From: Candidatus Vogelbacteria bacterium
GTDB taxonomy: Bacteria; Patescibacteriota; Minisyncoccia; Phycocordibacterales; XYD1-FULL-46-19
Direction: 5' to 3'
Length of the DNA stretch: 64,000 bases
Assembly: GCA_021414225.1 (NCBI GenBank)
Contig: JAIOOX010000002.1
Location: forward strand, 25,113-89,112
The position numbers were made by a program, and so were the translations under genes. Below, in pieces: positions 9,935 to 19,597 of the stretch. The notes beneath the pieces are model-generated. The model was not told the DNA's origin and ran no database searches. It saw only the letters and a list, made by a program, of their open reading frames with translations. Within the stretch, counting starts at the first letter, position 1. Every line of letters begins with the position of its first letter.

Positions 9935-10036
9935 CTCGCTTAGATTTTAAATTAGAGCACGGATAAACTTTTGCTAAAGTTTTCCTCAGTCTCGGCTACC
10001 CGCCTGCGAAGTCTCTAATTTAAAACTAAGCTCGCT
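9935..10036. repeat. structured palindromic element, family I, copy 2
   Basis: Outer stem cttagattttaaattagag/ctctaatttaaaactaag, core shared with 3630-3725, CTCGCT on both sides. Confidence 0.75.
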
Positions 10037-10062
10037 TAATTCTTAAATATCCGTAAATACCT

Positions 10063-11703
10063 ATGGCTAAAAATGTAATTTTTAATGAAGAAGCTCGTCG
10101 CTCGCTGAAAGCGGGAATTGATAAGTTGTCACTAGCGGTCAAAATGACCCTCGGTCCTCGAGGTCGAGCAGTAGTGATTGAAAAAGCTTATGGCGCACCA
10201 CAAGTCACTCTTGATGGTGTGACAGTGGCTAAGGAAATTGAATTTGAAGATCGATTTGAAAATCTAGGGGCTAGTTTGATCAAACAGGCAGCTGATAAAA
10301 CTAACGATAATGTGGGTGATGGTACTACCACTTCCATTATCTTAGCTCAAGCTTTAATTGAAGAAGGAGAAAAAGCGGTTAGTGAAAGGGGAATGAATGT
10401 GATTCATTTAGCTGATGAGATTAAGCGTGGTGGTGAAGCGATCATTGCCGCCTTAGAAGATCAAGCTGAAGAAGTGAAAGATAATAAAATAAAAGAAGTA
10501 GCTACTTTGTCAGCCAAGGATGCGGAAATTGGGGAGTTGATTGCCGATGTTTTCAAAACTGTCGGTGAAGAAGCGGTGATTACGATCGAAGATTCCAACA
10601 CAGTATCTAACTCTTCTGAGGTGGTGGAGGGGATGCAATTTGATAAGGGTTATATTGCACCCTACATGGTGACTAACATGGAGAAAATGGAAGCGGAATA
10701 TACTGATCCGTACATCTTGATTACCGATAAGAAAATTTCTTCGATTAAAGAAATTTTGCCTTTGCTGGAAAAATTAGCTCAAAGTGGTAAAAAAGAATTA
10801 GTCATTATTGCTGAAGATGTTGATGGTGAAGCTTTGACTACTTTGATTGTCAACAAAGTGAGAGGTATTTTCAATGGCTTGGCGATTAAGGCGCCTGGGT
10901 TTGGTGACCGTCGCAAAGAAATGTTGGAAGATATTGCGGTTGTCACTGGCGGTCAAGTGATTTCAGAAACGGTGGGCTTGAAGTTGGAAGCGATCGAAGT
11001 ATCGATGTTGGGCCGTGCTCGACGGATTATTTCTAGTAAAGACAATACTATTATTGTTGGTGGTAAAGGCAAGAAAGCTGATATTGAATCTCGAGTGGCT
11101 CAATTAAAACAGGCGATTGATCGAACAGAGTCAAAATATGATAAAGATAAATTGAAAGAACGATTAGGTAAACTCTCTGGTGGAGTGGCGGTGATCAAAG
11201 TCGGTGCCCCAACCGAGTCAGCGCAAAAAGAATTGAAGCAACGTGTTGAAGATGCGGTCGCGGCTACTCGAGCGGCGATGGAAGAAGGAGTGGTGCCGGG
11301 TGGTGGTATTGCCTTGTTTAATTCCTACTCAGCCCTCGATAGTATTAAAACCAAAGATGAAGCTGGACAATATGCACTCGAAATATTACGTAAAGTAGTT
11401 TACGCGCCAATCACGGCTATTATTGAAAATAGTGGGGAGACTAGCTCGGTAATTTTGGAAGAATTAAAAACCAAAAAAGACGAAGTGAAAGGTAAGACTG
11501 ACAAGTTGTGGTTGGGTTTCAATGCTCGTACTAATACAATTGAAGATCTGAAGAAGGTTGGGATTGTTGATCCGTTGAAAGTGACTAAGACTGCTTTCAC
11601 TAATGCTATTTCGGTGGCGACTAATTATCTAACTATTGGGGTGGCTATTACTGACATTCCTAAAGAAGAAAAAACTGCTGGTCCGGGAGGAATGGATTAT
11701 TAA
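10063..11703 (+). CDS. groEL: chaperonin GroEL
   Basis: [31 protein letters not shown]. Confidence 0.97.
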   Translation: MAKNVIFNEEARRSLKAGIDKLSLAVKMTLGPRGRAVVIEKAYGAPQVTLDGVTVAKEIEFEDRFENLGASLIKQAADKTNDNVGDGTTTSIILAQALIEEGEKAVSERGMNVIHLADEIKRGGEAIIAALEDQAEEVKDNKIKEVATLSAKDAEIGELIADVFKTVGEEAVITIEDSNTVSNSSEVVEGMQFDKGYIAPYMVTNMEKMEAEYTDPYILITDKKISSIKEILPLLEKLAQSGKKELVIIAEDVDGEALTTLIVNKVRGIFNGLAIKAPGFGDRRKEMLEDIAVVTGGQVISETVGLKLEAIEVSMLGRARRIISSKDNTIIVGGKGKKADIESRVAQLKQAIDRTESKYDKDKLKERLGKLSGGVAVIKVGAPTESAQKELKQRVEDAVAATRAAMEEGVVPGGGIALFNSYSALDSIKTKDEAGQYALEILRKVVYAPITAIIENSGETSSVILEELKTKKDEVKGKTDKLWLGFNARTNTIEDLKKVGIVDPLKVTKTAFTNAISVATNYLTIGVAITDIPKEEKTAGPGGMDY

Positions 11704-11712
11704 ATTAAGGTC

Positions 11713-11742
11713 AAAAAAATCACCCAACTGGGTGATTTTTTT
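11713..11742 (+). terminator. Rho-independent terminator of groESL
   Basis: aaaaaaatcaccca-ac-tgggtgattttttt. Confidence 0.8.
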
Positions 11743-11813
11743 GTCTAGTGTGGTTTTTACCCTCTATGTTATTATTAATATTAAAGTTTGCTTAACAGTT
11801 TTTTAATTAATTT

Positions 11814-12635
11814 ATGAAAAAATATCTAGTTGTTTTGTTGATGGTTACAGTTCTTGTTCCTGGTCAGATATTTGCTGTCACTTCGGCGACGGTTACAGTT
11901 GATACAATAGTTAGTGATTCCTCGGTAAATGAACAGGGGGTGGATGTAGGTTTTTGGGGAGGATTATTTGATCGTTTAAAAAGTTTTGTTACCGGTTTTG
12001 GTTTATTTAAAAATACTCAGCCGGTAGTGGAAGAAAAACAGACAGAGAATTCTGGGGATGTGGTTAAAGATCCTTCTGGCCAGGATACAAAAACTGCGAA
12101 TAAGGTTGTTGTAAAGACAGATGGCAATATGAGTCCTAACGGCCGGCCAAGTACTGTTTCTTTTAAAACAAATGTTACTAATCAAGTGGTGGGTTCTGGT
12201 CAGATTAAAACAGAGGTGGTTATTCCTAAAGTTGAATCAGTTGTATCTGTTAAACCGTTTGCTAAAAAAATTAATTTAACATCTCCTACTTCAGGGTCAT
12301 CTTTTAATGCCACTGAAGATCCGATGACAATTTCCTGGAATTACAGTGGTATTAAAGATGAAACAACAATTAATATATCACTGGTTTTTGGATCAAATAC
12401 TGATGACGGTGTTACCCTCTGTCGAGTTACCCCAGTTGAGGGTATAAGAATATCGGCTAAAGAATTTACTATTAAGTCTAATGGTTATAATTGTTTCCCA
12501 AACAATGACGGAGGTGATCCTTTGAAGACCTCAGGTGAATACAGGATTGCTTTTATATCAGAAGACTTTGCTGGTCAATACGATAGAGGGATCATTTATG
12601 GAAGTGGGACTTTTAAAATAAATGTAGCCAATTAG
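11814..12635 (+). CDS. hypothetical exported protein with a beta-rich (Ig-like) C-terminal domain
   Basis: Signal peptide MKKYLVVLL...QIFA; INLTSPTSGSSF..TISWN..GEYRI pattern. Confidence 0.7.
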   Translation: MKKYLVVLLMVTVLVPGQIFAVTSATVTVDTIVSDSSVNEQGVDVGFWGGLFDRLKSFVTGFGLFKNTQPVVEEKQTENSGDVVKDPSGQDTKTANKVVVKTDGNMSPNGRPSTVSFKTNVTNQVVGSGQIKTEVVIPKVESVVSVKPFAKKINLTSPTSGSSFNATEDPMTISWNYSGIKDETTINISLVFGSNTDDGVTLCRVTPVEGIRISAKEFTIKSNGYNCFPNNDGGDPLKTSGEYRIAFISEDFAGQYDRGIIYGSGTFKINVAN

Positions 12636-12653
12636 TAGTTATTTAACGCTTTT

Positions 12654-12691
12654 AAACCACCACCTTGGCCCTAGGGCCAAGGTGGTGGTTT
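12654..12691. terminator. 38-bp perfect palindrome / terminator
   Basis: aaaccaccaccttggccct/agggccaaggtggtggttt. Confidence 0.75.
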
Positions 12692-12749
12692 TGGTTAGAG
12701 GGATATGCTAAAATTGGAGCTAGAAATTATTCGTTTAATTAACTTTATT

Positions 12750-13310
12750 ATGATTATTTTATACGTGTTAATTGGAGTAGTGGTAGTGATTGGTCTGTGG
12801 TTTGCCTTGTCTTACAACGGTTTTATTAGTCTGGTCAACCGAACCAAAGAAGCTTGGTCTGACATTGAGGTTCAAATGAAGCGTCGTTATGATTTGATCC
12901 CTAACTTGATCAATACCGTTAAGGGTTATGCTTCACACGAAAGTGCCACTTTTGAAAAGATTACCCAAGCTCGTTCTCAAGCAATGCAAGCGGGAACAGT
13001 CGCTGAACACGCTCAAGCGGAAAATATGTTAACCGGGGCGCTTAAGTCACTCTTTGCTGTATCGGAAGCTTATCCAGATTTGAAAGCGAATGCTAACTTC
13101 CTAGAACTACAGCGAGAATTGTCTGACACCGAAAACAAAATCCAAGCTGCTCGTCGTTTCTACAACGGCAATGTTCGTGATCTAAACACTAAAATTGAAT
13201 CTTTCCCATCTAACTTTATTGCTAACATCTTTAAGTTTACCGCTCGAGAATTCTTCGAATTAGATGAATCTGAACAAGCAGCGAAACAACCAGTGGAAGT
13301 AAAGTTCTAA
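12750..13310 (+). CDS. lemA: LemA family protein
   Basis: AWSDIEVQMKRRYDLIPNL, EAYPDLKAN, ENKIQAARRFYN; start placed at ATG 12750. Confidence 0.95.
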   Translation: MIILYVLIGVVVVIGLWFALSYNGFISLVNRTKEAWSDIEVQMKRRYDLIPNLINTVKGYASHESATFEKITQARSQAMQAGTVAEHAQAENMLTGALKSLFAVSEAYPDLKANANFLELQRELSDTENKIQAARRFYNGNVRDLNTKIESFPSNFIANIFKFTAREFFELDESEQAAKQPVEVKF

Positions 13311-15302
13311 ATGTTGGTTAGGCTAGTAAAATACATAACAATTCCGGCCCTAGTTTTTTTTCTAGTGCCGGTTTTGGTTTTTGGCCAGAGTAATCGATCA
13401 TATTTCTATGATCAGATTGTGGTCGACATTCAAACCAATAAAGATTCTACGGTCGATATAACCGAACGACAGACATATCATTTTAACGGAGAATATCACC
13501 AAGGTTGGAGATCCATTCCTTTAAAAGGATTTAGTAGTATTACTGATGTTGTGGTTAGCAATTCTGATGCCCCGCTTAAATATTCTTCTCGGCGACTCAA
13601 TAAGCTTGATCCGGCTAGTTGGGGTCACTACACTTACTTCAAAGATGAAAACGGTTTTAATATCGAATGGTATTTTGGTCCCAATGATGTTCCTGAGTGG
13701 ACACTCTCCTATAAAGTGCATGGAGCGATTAGTTTTCTAAAAGACAAAGACGAACTATATTGGAATATTTTTAGTGATTATTCTGTACCAGTCGACTCCC
13801 TGGAAGTTCATGTTTTTCCTCCAGACGAAGCGCTGGCAGCTAATCAAATACAGTCAACGGTTTATACATCCTCTGTTCCATACCAGTCTTGGCCAGAAGT
13901 TTATAAAGATTCTACCTCTGGCATAAAGTTGGCTGGGTTAACTATGCAGCTCCATGATGCTCCCCCTTATGAAAAGGTGACTGTTGCTGTCGGTTGGCCC
14001 AAAGAGATTGTTGACCAAGGGGCTTTTTGGAGGTGGTGGCTAGGTGATAATATTTTGGCAATTGTTATGGGGGTATTAATAATTTTGAATATGATAGGTT
14101 GGTTTGGGTATTGGTATTTTACTGAACGTTTTCGCAAAGGGACTGGAACCATTATTCCGCAATATGAACCGGCTTTAAATTTAAGACCAGCTGAGGTGGA
14201 GGTGGTGATGAAAGAAAGTGTTACCGCAGTTGGTTGGTCAGCGACCGTTGTGGATTTAGCGGTGAGGGGATTTCTTTTGATTAAAGAAGATAAAACCAGA
14301 ATTCCAAAATTTATTAAATGGGCTTACAGCTTGTTTTTTATAGGTATTTTTATTTTCTTAGGCTCTGGTTTTGTGGGAGCTCTTTCAAGTCATCAAACAA
14401 CGAATATTGGATTTATGGCAGTGTTTTCCTTTTTTATAATAGGTTCTTTTATAGTTGGCCTAAGTAAGTTTTCAAAAAAAGATTATTTGGTTGAAAAAAC
14501 TAATAAAGATAACTCCACCCTACTATCTTACGAGAGAGAATTTATTAACATTTTGTGTGGTTCTACTAGTTACGTTTTTTCAACCAGAGAACTTAGGACT
14601 AATGAATCTATGGCTAAGAAGATTTATGAGAGAATGAAAAAAAATGAAGTAGACTTATATAGTATTCTTGATAAAGATAACAATCTATATAGTAACAATT
14701 TAGCTAAAGAAAAAAAGGGTCAAGTCGTCTTTTTGTTTATGGTCATGGGTAGTTTTTTCGTCATCTGGTTAGGGAGTTTTTTCAGTCCGGTGTCTGATTT
14801 TATTTTGAAATATTTCGGTGTAGAGTTCTTAACTTTACCAATACTAGTTGTTGTATTTTTGTTGTTAACATTGGTAAACATTTGGTATTTTTTAATTAAA
14901 TACGAAGCACGTTTGTCGGATAAAGGTAATAAAGCCAAAGAAGATTTACTTGGGTTTAAGTTGTATCTAAAAACAGCTGAACGTTATCGGTTGCAAAATC
15001 TGACGCCAGATTTGTTTGAAAAGTTTTTACCATACGCCATGGTGTTTGGAGTTGAGAAAGAGTGGGGTAAAGCCTTTGCTTCACTCAGTGTTCCACCTCC
15101 ATCTTGGTATAGTGGTGCCTATGGAGGGGCTACAATGGGATCTTCTTCAATAAGTAGTTCCGGATTTTCCGCTGGGGCCTTCTCGTCTTCTTTTTCTTCT
15201 AGTTTCTCATCGGCTTTTTCTAGTTCTGGAGCTAGTGGTGGTTCGGGTGGGGGTGGTTCTGCTGGTGGCGGTGGAGGAGGAGGTGGAGGTGGGGCTAGTT
15301 AG
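13311..15302 (+). CDS. DUF2207 family membrane protein
   Basis: DELYWN, FEKFLPYAMVFGVEKEW, Gly/Ser-rich C-terminus; lies between lemA and htpX. Confidence 0.85.
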   Translation: MLVRLVKYITIPALVFFLVPVLVFGQSNRSYFYDQIVVDIQTNKDSTVDITERQTYHFNGEYHQGWRSIPLKGFSSITDVVVSNSDAPLKYSSRRLNKLDPASWGHYTYFKDENGFNIEWYFGPNDVPEWTLSYKVHGAISFLKDKDELYWNIFSDYSVPVDSLEVHVFPPDEALAANQIQSTVYTSSVPYQSWPEVYKDSTSGIKLAGLTMQLHDAPPYEKVTVAVGWPKEIVDQGAFWRWWLGDNILAIVMGVLIILNMIGWFGYWYFTERFRKGTGTIIPQYEPALNLRPAEVEVVMKESVTAVGWSATVVDLAVRGFLLIKEDKTRIPKFIKWAYSLFFIGIFIFLGSGFVGALSSHQTTNIGFMAVFSFFIIGSFIVGLSKFSKKDYLVEKTNKDNSTLLSYEREFINILCGSTSYVFSTRELRTNESMAKKIYERMKKNEVDLYSILDKDNNLYSNNLAKEKKGQVVFLFMVMGSFFVIWLGSFFSPVSDFILKYFGVEFLTLPILVVVFLLLTLVNIWYFLIKYEARLSDKGNKAKEDLLGFKLYLKTAERYRLQNLTPDLFEKFLPYAMVFGVEKEWGKAFASLSVPPPSWYSGAYGGATMGSSSISSSGFSAGAFSSSFSSSFSSAFSSSGASGGSGGGGSAGGGGGGGGGGAS

Positions 15303-15342
15303 ACCTTGAAACCATTTTTTTAATTGTTACAATACACTGATT

Positions 15343-16239
15343 ATGGCTACCCTATACACCCAACAAGCATCTAATGTCAGAAAAACTTGGCTCCTGGTCT
15401 CGATTTTTTTGGTGGTAATTATTGGTCTTGGTTGGGGATTTAGTTACTTCTACAATAATCCGATAATTCTATATGGAGCGGTAATAGGTAGTGTTTTAAT
15501 GAACATTGTTAGTTTTTGGTATTCCGACAAAATTGTTTTGTCGATGTCTGGAGCGAAGCCGGCCACTCGGGAAGAATATTTCGACTTGTACACCGTGACC
15601 GAAAACTTAGCCATCACCGCTGGTCTCCCAACTCCCAAACTGTATGTCATCACTGATCCAGCTCCCAACGCTTTTGCGACTGGCCGTAACAAAGATCACT
15701 CCGCTGTCGCTGTCACAACCGGTTTACTAGAAAGACTTGATCGAACTGAGCTGGAAGGAGTGATTGCTCACGAATTGGCTCATGTTGGTAATCGCGATAT
15801 TTTATTGCAAACGGTGGTGGTGATTTTGGTTGGTTTCGTGGCTTTATTGTCAGACTTCTTTTTGCGATCGATGGTGTTCGGTCGCGGGAGTGATGAAAGA
15901 GATTGTCGTTTGGGAATGATAATTACTATCATTGGTTTTGCTCTAGCCATCCTGTCACCGATTATAGCTACCCTTATTCAGTTAGCGATCTCTCGTAAAC
16001 GAGAATTTTTGGCGGACGCGACCGGGGCTTTACTAACTCGTTATCCAGAAGGTTTAGCATCAGCTTTGGAAAAAATATCTGCCTATGGAGCTCCAATGCA
16101 GCGAGCTAGTGATGCGACCGCTCACATGTTCATCGCTAACCCATTTGGAGGTAAAAGTGTAGGCGGTTTGCATAAGTTATTTATGACTCATCCACCAGCT
16201 GAAGAGAGGGTTAAGGCTTTACGAGAGCTTAGTGTATAA
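15343..16239 (+). CDS. htpX: M48 zinc metalloprotease HtpX
   Basis: PNAFATG, HELAH, REFLAD, THPP. Confidence 0.93.
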   Translation: MATLYTQQASNVRKTWLLVSIFLVVIIGLGWGFSYFYNNPIILYGAVIGSVLMNIVSFWYSDKIVLSMSGAKPATREEYFDLYTVTENLAITAGLPTPKLYVITDPAPNAFATGRNKDHSAVAVTTGLLERLDRTELEGVIAHELAHVGNRDILLQTVVVILVGFVALLSDFFLRSMVFGRGSDERDCRLGMIITIIGFALAILSPIIATLIQLAISRKREFLADATGALLTRYPEGLASALEKISAYGAPMQRASDATAHMFIANPFGGKSVGGLHKLFMTHPPAEERVKALRELSV

Positions 16240-16247
16240 TATTGACC

Positions 16248-16601
16248 ATGATTGAAAACGAACCACAACTAGACGTGCCAGAATCAGAAGATAACTTTAG
16301 TCATGAACATGTGGCTGAATTATTGGCTCGATTGGTTGATATTGTAGTTGAAGTTGATAAGCCTGGTGTTCAAAACTTTAAGATTGAAGATTTTGGTGAC
16401 GACGATGTGGTTGTTCTCGAAAAGTTTATAGCTTGGTTTGATGGTAATAAACAAGCTCTAACCAAAGAGGATATTGATTTTTATATAAAAGCGAGGGATA
16501 TTTCTGAAAAAACATTAGTCGATGGTCCAAATCCAAACTTGGTAGTCAAACGAGTTTTGGCTAATATCATAATCAACAAAACTCCAGAAATCTGGATGTA
16601 A
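16248..16601 (+). CDS. hypothetical acidic protein
   Basis: ORF packed between htpX and the next gene; no motif recognised. Confidence 0.6.
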   Translation: MIENEPQLDVPESEDNFSHEHVAELLARLVDIVVEVDKPGVQNFKIEDFGDDDVVVLEKFIAWFDGNKQALTKEDIDFYIKARDISEKTLVDGPNPNLVVKRVLANIIINKTPEIWM

Positions 16602-16603
16602 TC

Positions 16604-17452
16604 ATGTCCATTTTTCAAGAAATAAAAAATAGTTTATACAATCCTGGCTATTATCAAGACTTAATTGAGAAGCCTTTTTCTCATTCGGTTAAATATTATT
16701 GTGCTTTAACTTTGGTATTAGGAATTATTGTGACAATGATTGGGTCAGTTTTAATTGTTCCAGCTTTTAATGTGGTGGTCTGGGGAGTGAAAGAGGTGGT
16801 CTTGTCTGTTTATCCTGATGATCTGAAAATTTCAGTAGAAAGTGGTTTGGTTAAGACCAATGTTCAAGAGCCATTTGTGATTGCGATCCCAGAAAAGTAT
16901 CGAGCAGAAGCTGGTGGCAAGAAAAATTTACTAGTCATCGATACTTCAACCACAACCAGTCCAGAAAAACTGAAATCATACGAGACGGTCGCCCTTTTAG
17001 CCAAAGATTCTATTATTTACGAAAGCGGAGTTGATGGTCAATCTGATGTTCAGTCTTTTGATTCAGATTTGAGTTTTAAATTAGATAAAGAGGGAATTGG
17101 TCGTTTTTTCAATGAGATTGAACCGTATTATAAGTTTCTAACTCCAATTTTAGTGCTTGGTTTATTTATGTTGGTGGTGTTGATTATGGTGGGTACTATG
17201 TTGTACTTACTTTTGGTAGCCTTACTGGTTTGGATTTTGGCCGCTTTAAACAAGTGGGATATTAGTTATCTGAAGGCTTATCAAATGAGTCTTCACTTTG
17301 CCACTTTGGGTTTTGTGGTAGCCTTAATTAGTATCCTCGTTTTACCTGGAGGTAGTGCTCTTATTCTGTTCACTGCCACTCTGGTTTTGTTAGCCTTGGT
17401 GACTTTTAAGGTAGGTAATGACGAGTCAAAACCAGAAGTGGAGGTCAACTAG
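16604..17452 (+). CDS. DUF1189-like membrane protein
   Basis: SLYNPGYY N-terminus, one TM, soluble loop, about four C-terminal TMs; paralog at 33960. Confidence 0.7.
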   Translation: MSIFQEIKNSLYNPGYYQDLIEKPFSHSVKYYCALTLVLGIIVTMIGSVLIVPAFNVVVWGVKEVVLSVYPDDLKISVESGLVKTNVQEPFVIAIPEKYRAEAGGKKNLLVIDTSTTTSPEKLKSYETVALLAKDSIIYESGVDGQSDVQSFDSDLSFKLDKEGIGRFFNEIEPYYKFLTPILVLGLFMLVVLIMVGTMLYLLLVALLVWILAALNKWDISYLKAYQMSLHFATLGFVVALISILVLPGGSALILFTATLVLLALVTFKVGNDESKPEVEVN

Positions 17453-17499
17453 CTTCTTGAGTCCAGGTCTGTAATTTGCTATATCAGTAGAGTTGAATA

Positions 17500-17586
17500 G
17501 GAGGGTTCGCATAGCGGTCTAGTGCGCACGCTTGGAAAGCGTGTGAGGTGTCAAAGCCTCCGAGAGTTCGAATCTCTCACCCTCCG
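17500..17586 (+). tRNA. tRNA-Ser(GGA)
   Basis: Cloverleaf, anticodon arm cacgc-ttGGAaa-gcgtg, long variable arm, TTCGAAT. Confidence 0.95.
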
Positions 17587-17746
17587 CAAATTAAGGAGCC
17601 CGCTCTAGGCGGGCGACTATAATTTGCGCGAGTACCGAGGTACTCCGAGGTGCTTCCGCAACAAAATAAACTTTAGCTGGTGTGGCTTTTATGCAGCGAT
17701 GGGGAAGTTTGTTAATTTTTAAAATGGGTTATTATTAACAGTAATT

Positions 17747-18115
17747 ATGATTAAATTATCTTCGCTGTTGATTGGGGTGTCCGATCTCCACAAAGCTCGA
17801 CCTTTTTATGAACAGGTGTTTGGGATAAAGTTTGATGAGTTTCGACCACCCTTTGCTAGTTTTCACCTGGGTGGGGTGGAGTTTAATGTAGAAGAGAATA
17901 CTCCTACTCGTTCGGCGAATTGGGCAGAAACTCATATTGGGACGAGAAAACAATTTTCTTTTCAGGTTGATGATCTAGAAGTATTTTTAAAACACGCCGA
18001 GCAGGCTGGTGCCACTATTGTCGTACAGCCAGAAATAAAGCCGTGGGGCTGGAAAGAGGCGATTATCGCTGACCCTGACCAAAATGAGTTTCTAATTGAG
18101 CAGGAGATCCTTTAG
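17747..18115 (+). CDS. VOC/glyoxalase family protein
   Basis: VSDLHKARPFYEQVFG, FQVDD, PWGWKEAIIADPDQN. Confidence 0.9.
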   Translation: MIKLSSLLIGVSDLHKARPFYEQVFGIKFDEFRPPFASFHLGGVEFNVEENTPTRSANWAETHIGTRKQFSFQVDDLEVFLKHAEQAGATIVVQPEIKPWGWKEAIIADPDQNEFLIEQEIL

Positions 18116-18176
18116 GATAAAATCAAAAAGTCGTCCAGATTTCCCTTTTTGACCCTTTTTGCTATAGTGGTTTTAT

Positions 18177-18926
18177 ATGGAAATACTAAAACAACAATCA
18201 AAAAAAGAGCGAGATGAACAAAAAGCTAATAATCGGGCAGTAGTTAGGGTTATTTTCTGGATTCTGGTTATTTTAGCTATTGGTGGGTCTGTGTTTGCGA
18301 CGGCTAAATTAGCCAAGATGAGTAAGAATTCAGAAGTGGCTGGAGGAACCGTTTCTCAGGTTGGACCGACTGATCATACTATTGGCAACGCCAGTTCCTC
18401 TTTAGTGTTAGTGGAATACTCTGATTTTCAGTGTCCAGCTTGTAAGGCTTATTCGCCGATAGTGAAAGAATTGGTAGCTACTTACAAAGACGATATGTTG
18501 TTTGTTTATCGTCACTTCCCTTTGTATCAGATTCACCTAAACGCTAGGATAACAGCTCAAGCCACTGAAGCGGCTAATAATCAAGGTAAATTTTGGGAGA
18601 TGCATGATATTTTGTTTGCTAACCAGGCTGAGTGGTCCAGCAAGAGTCCTAGTAATATTGAAGTAGTTTTAGCTCAATATGCAGGCCAGATTGGTTTAGA
18701 TGTTGAGAAATTTAAAGCTGATTTGAATTCAGTAGCCGCGAAAGATCGGGTGGCAGCTGATTTGGCTAGTGGAATGAAAGCCCAAGTGGGTGGGACCCCA
18801 ACCTTTTTTCTTAACGGTAGAATGTTAGACCATGAAGAAATCAGTACTGATCAAAAATTTAAAGCGTTAATAGATAAAGCTTTAGCCGACATTAATAGTA
18901 ATCAAGCTACTTCCACGGTTGAATAA
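18177..18926 (+). CDS. dsbA: DsbA-family thiol-disulfide oxidoreductase
   Basis: EYSDFQCPAC, YRHFPL, GTPTFFLNG; N-terminal TM. Confidence 0.88.
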   Translation: MEILKQQSKKERDEQKANNRAVVRVIFWILVILAIGGSVFATAKLAKMSKNSEVAGGTVSQVGPTDHTIGNASSSLVLVEYSDFQCPACKAYSPIVKELVATYKDDMLFVYRHFPLYQIHLNARITAQATEAANNQGKFWEMHDILFANQAEWSSKSPSNIEVVLAQYAGQIGLDVEKFKADLNSVAAKDRVAADLASGMKAQVGGTPTFFLNGRMLDHEEISTDQKFKALIDKALADINSNQATSTVE

Positions 18927-18928
18927 AA

Positions 18929-19372
18929 ATGGATCAATCTAATCAACCTGTTCCAATTTGGTTTACTTTGACACTGTCTCTAGTGGCGGTAATTGGTTTT
19001 TTAGATGCTACTTATTTGACCATTAATCATATAGTTTTTGGCTCAACCCCTTGTACTCTTTTAGAAGGGTGTGAGATAGTCACTTCCAGTGTTTATTCAA
19101 CGATTTTCGGTGTTCCGGTCGCTTTATTTGGTGCCATCTTTTACTTAATAGTCCTACTCTTGTCTTTGTGGTACTTGGACAGTCGTCAACCTTGGGCATT
19201 GTCGGCAGTTGCTTATCTGTCTGTGCCAGCTGTATTAGCGTCGGTGGTTTTTGTTGGGCTACAAGCTTTCGTACTGAAAGCTTTTTGTCTGTACTGTTTG
19301 ATTTCTGCTCTTACTTCTACCATTATTTTTATTTTAGGGATGTCTTATTTGGTTTTGTTCCGTAAAGCTTAA
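18929..19372 (+). CDS. vitamin K epoxide reductase (VKOR) family protein
   Basis: CTLLEGCEIVTSSVYS, FCLYC; directly after dsbA. Confidence 0.92.
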   Translation: MDQSNQPVPIWFTLTLSLVAVIGFLDATYLTINHIVFGSTPCTLLEGCEIVTSSVYSTIFGVPVALFGAIFYLIVLLLSLWYLDSRQPWALSAVAYLSVPAVLASVVFVGLQAFVLKAFCLYCLISALTSTIIFILGMSYLVLFRKA

Positions 19373-19435
19373 GATTGTCGGTTTATTTTTTCTCTAGTCT
19401 TGTCTTAACTTTTTCTTTTTCAAAAAAGTAGGTCA

Positions 19436-19463
19436 AAAGGTCTTACTGTGTAAGACCTTTTTT
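19436..19463 (+). terminator. terminator hairpin
   Basis: aaaaggtcttac-tgt-gtaagacctttttt. Confidence 0.7.
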
Positions 19464-19597
19464 CAGTCAGTCTTGCGTTAGTGTTATTTTTATTTTCTAG
19501 CCAGAAATTTAGAGTTATCCACCCTTCTACCTAGGGGTGTTTGGGAGTAAAATAGGTGAACCTTTTATTAAAATATTATCAATTTTCTACAAAGTTT

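Noticed and set aside
15130-15300. Low-complexity Ser/Gly codon run
   Set aside because: Normal C-terminal tail of DUF2207 proteins, not a DNA repeat element.
19514-19540. TTATCCACC DnaA-box-like 9-mer and a weak NrdR-box-like palindrome upstream of nrdJ
   Set aside because: Single imperfect matches; not enough to call an origin or an operator.
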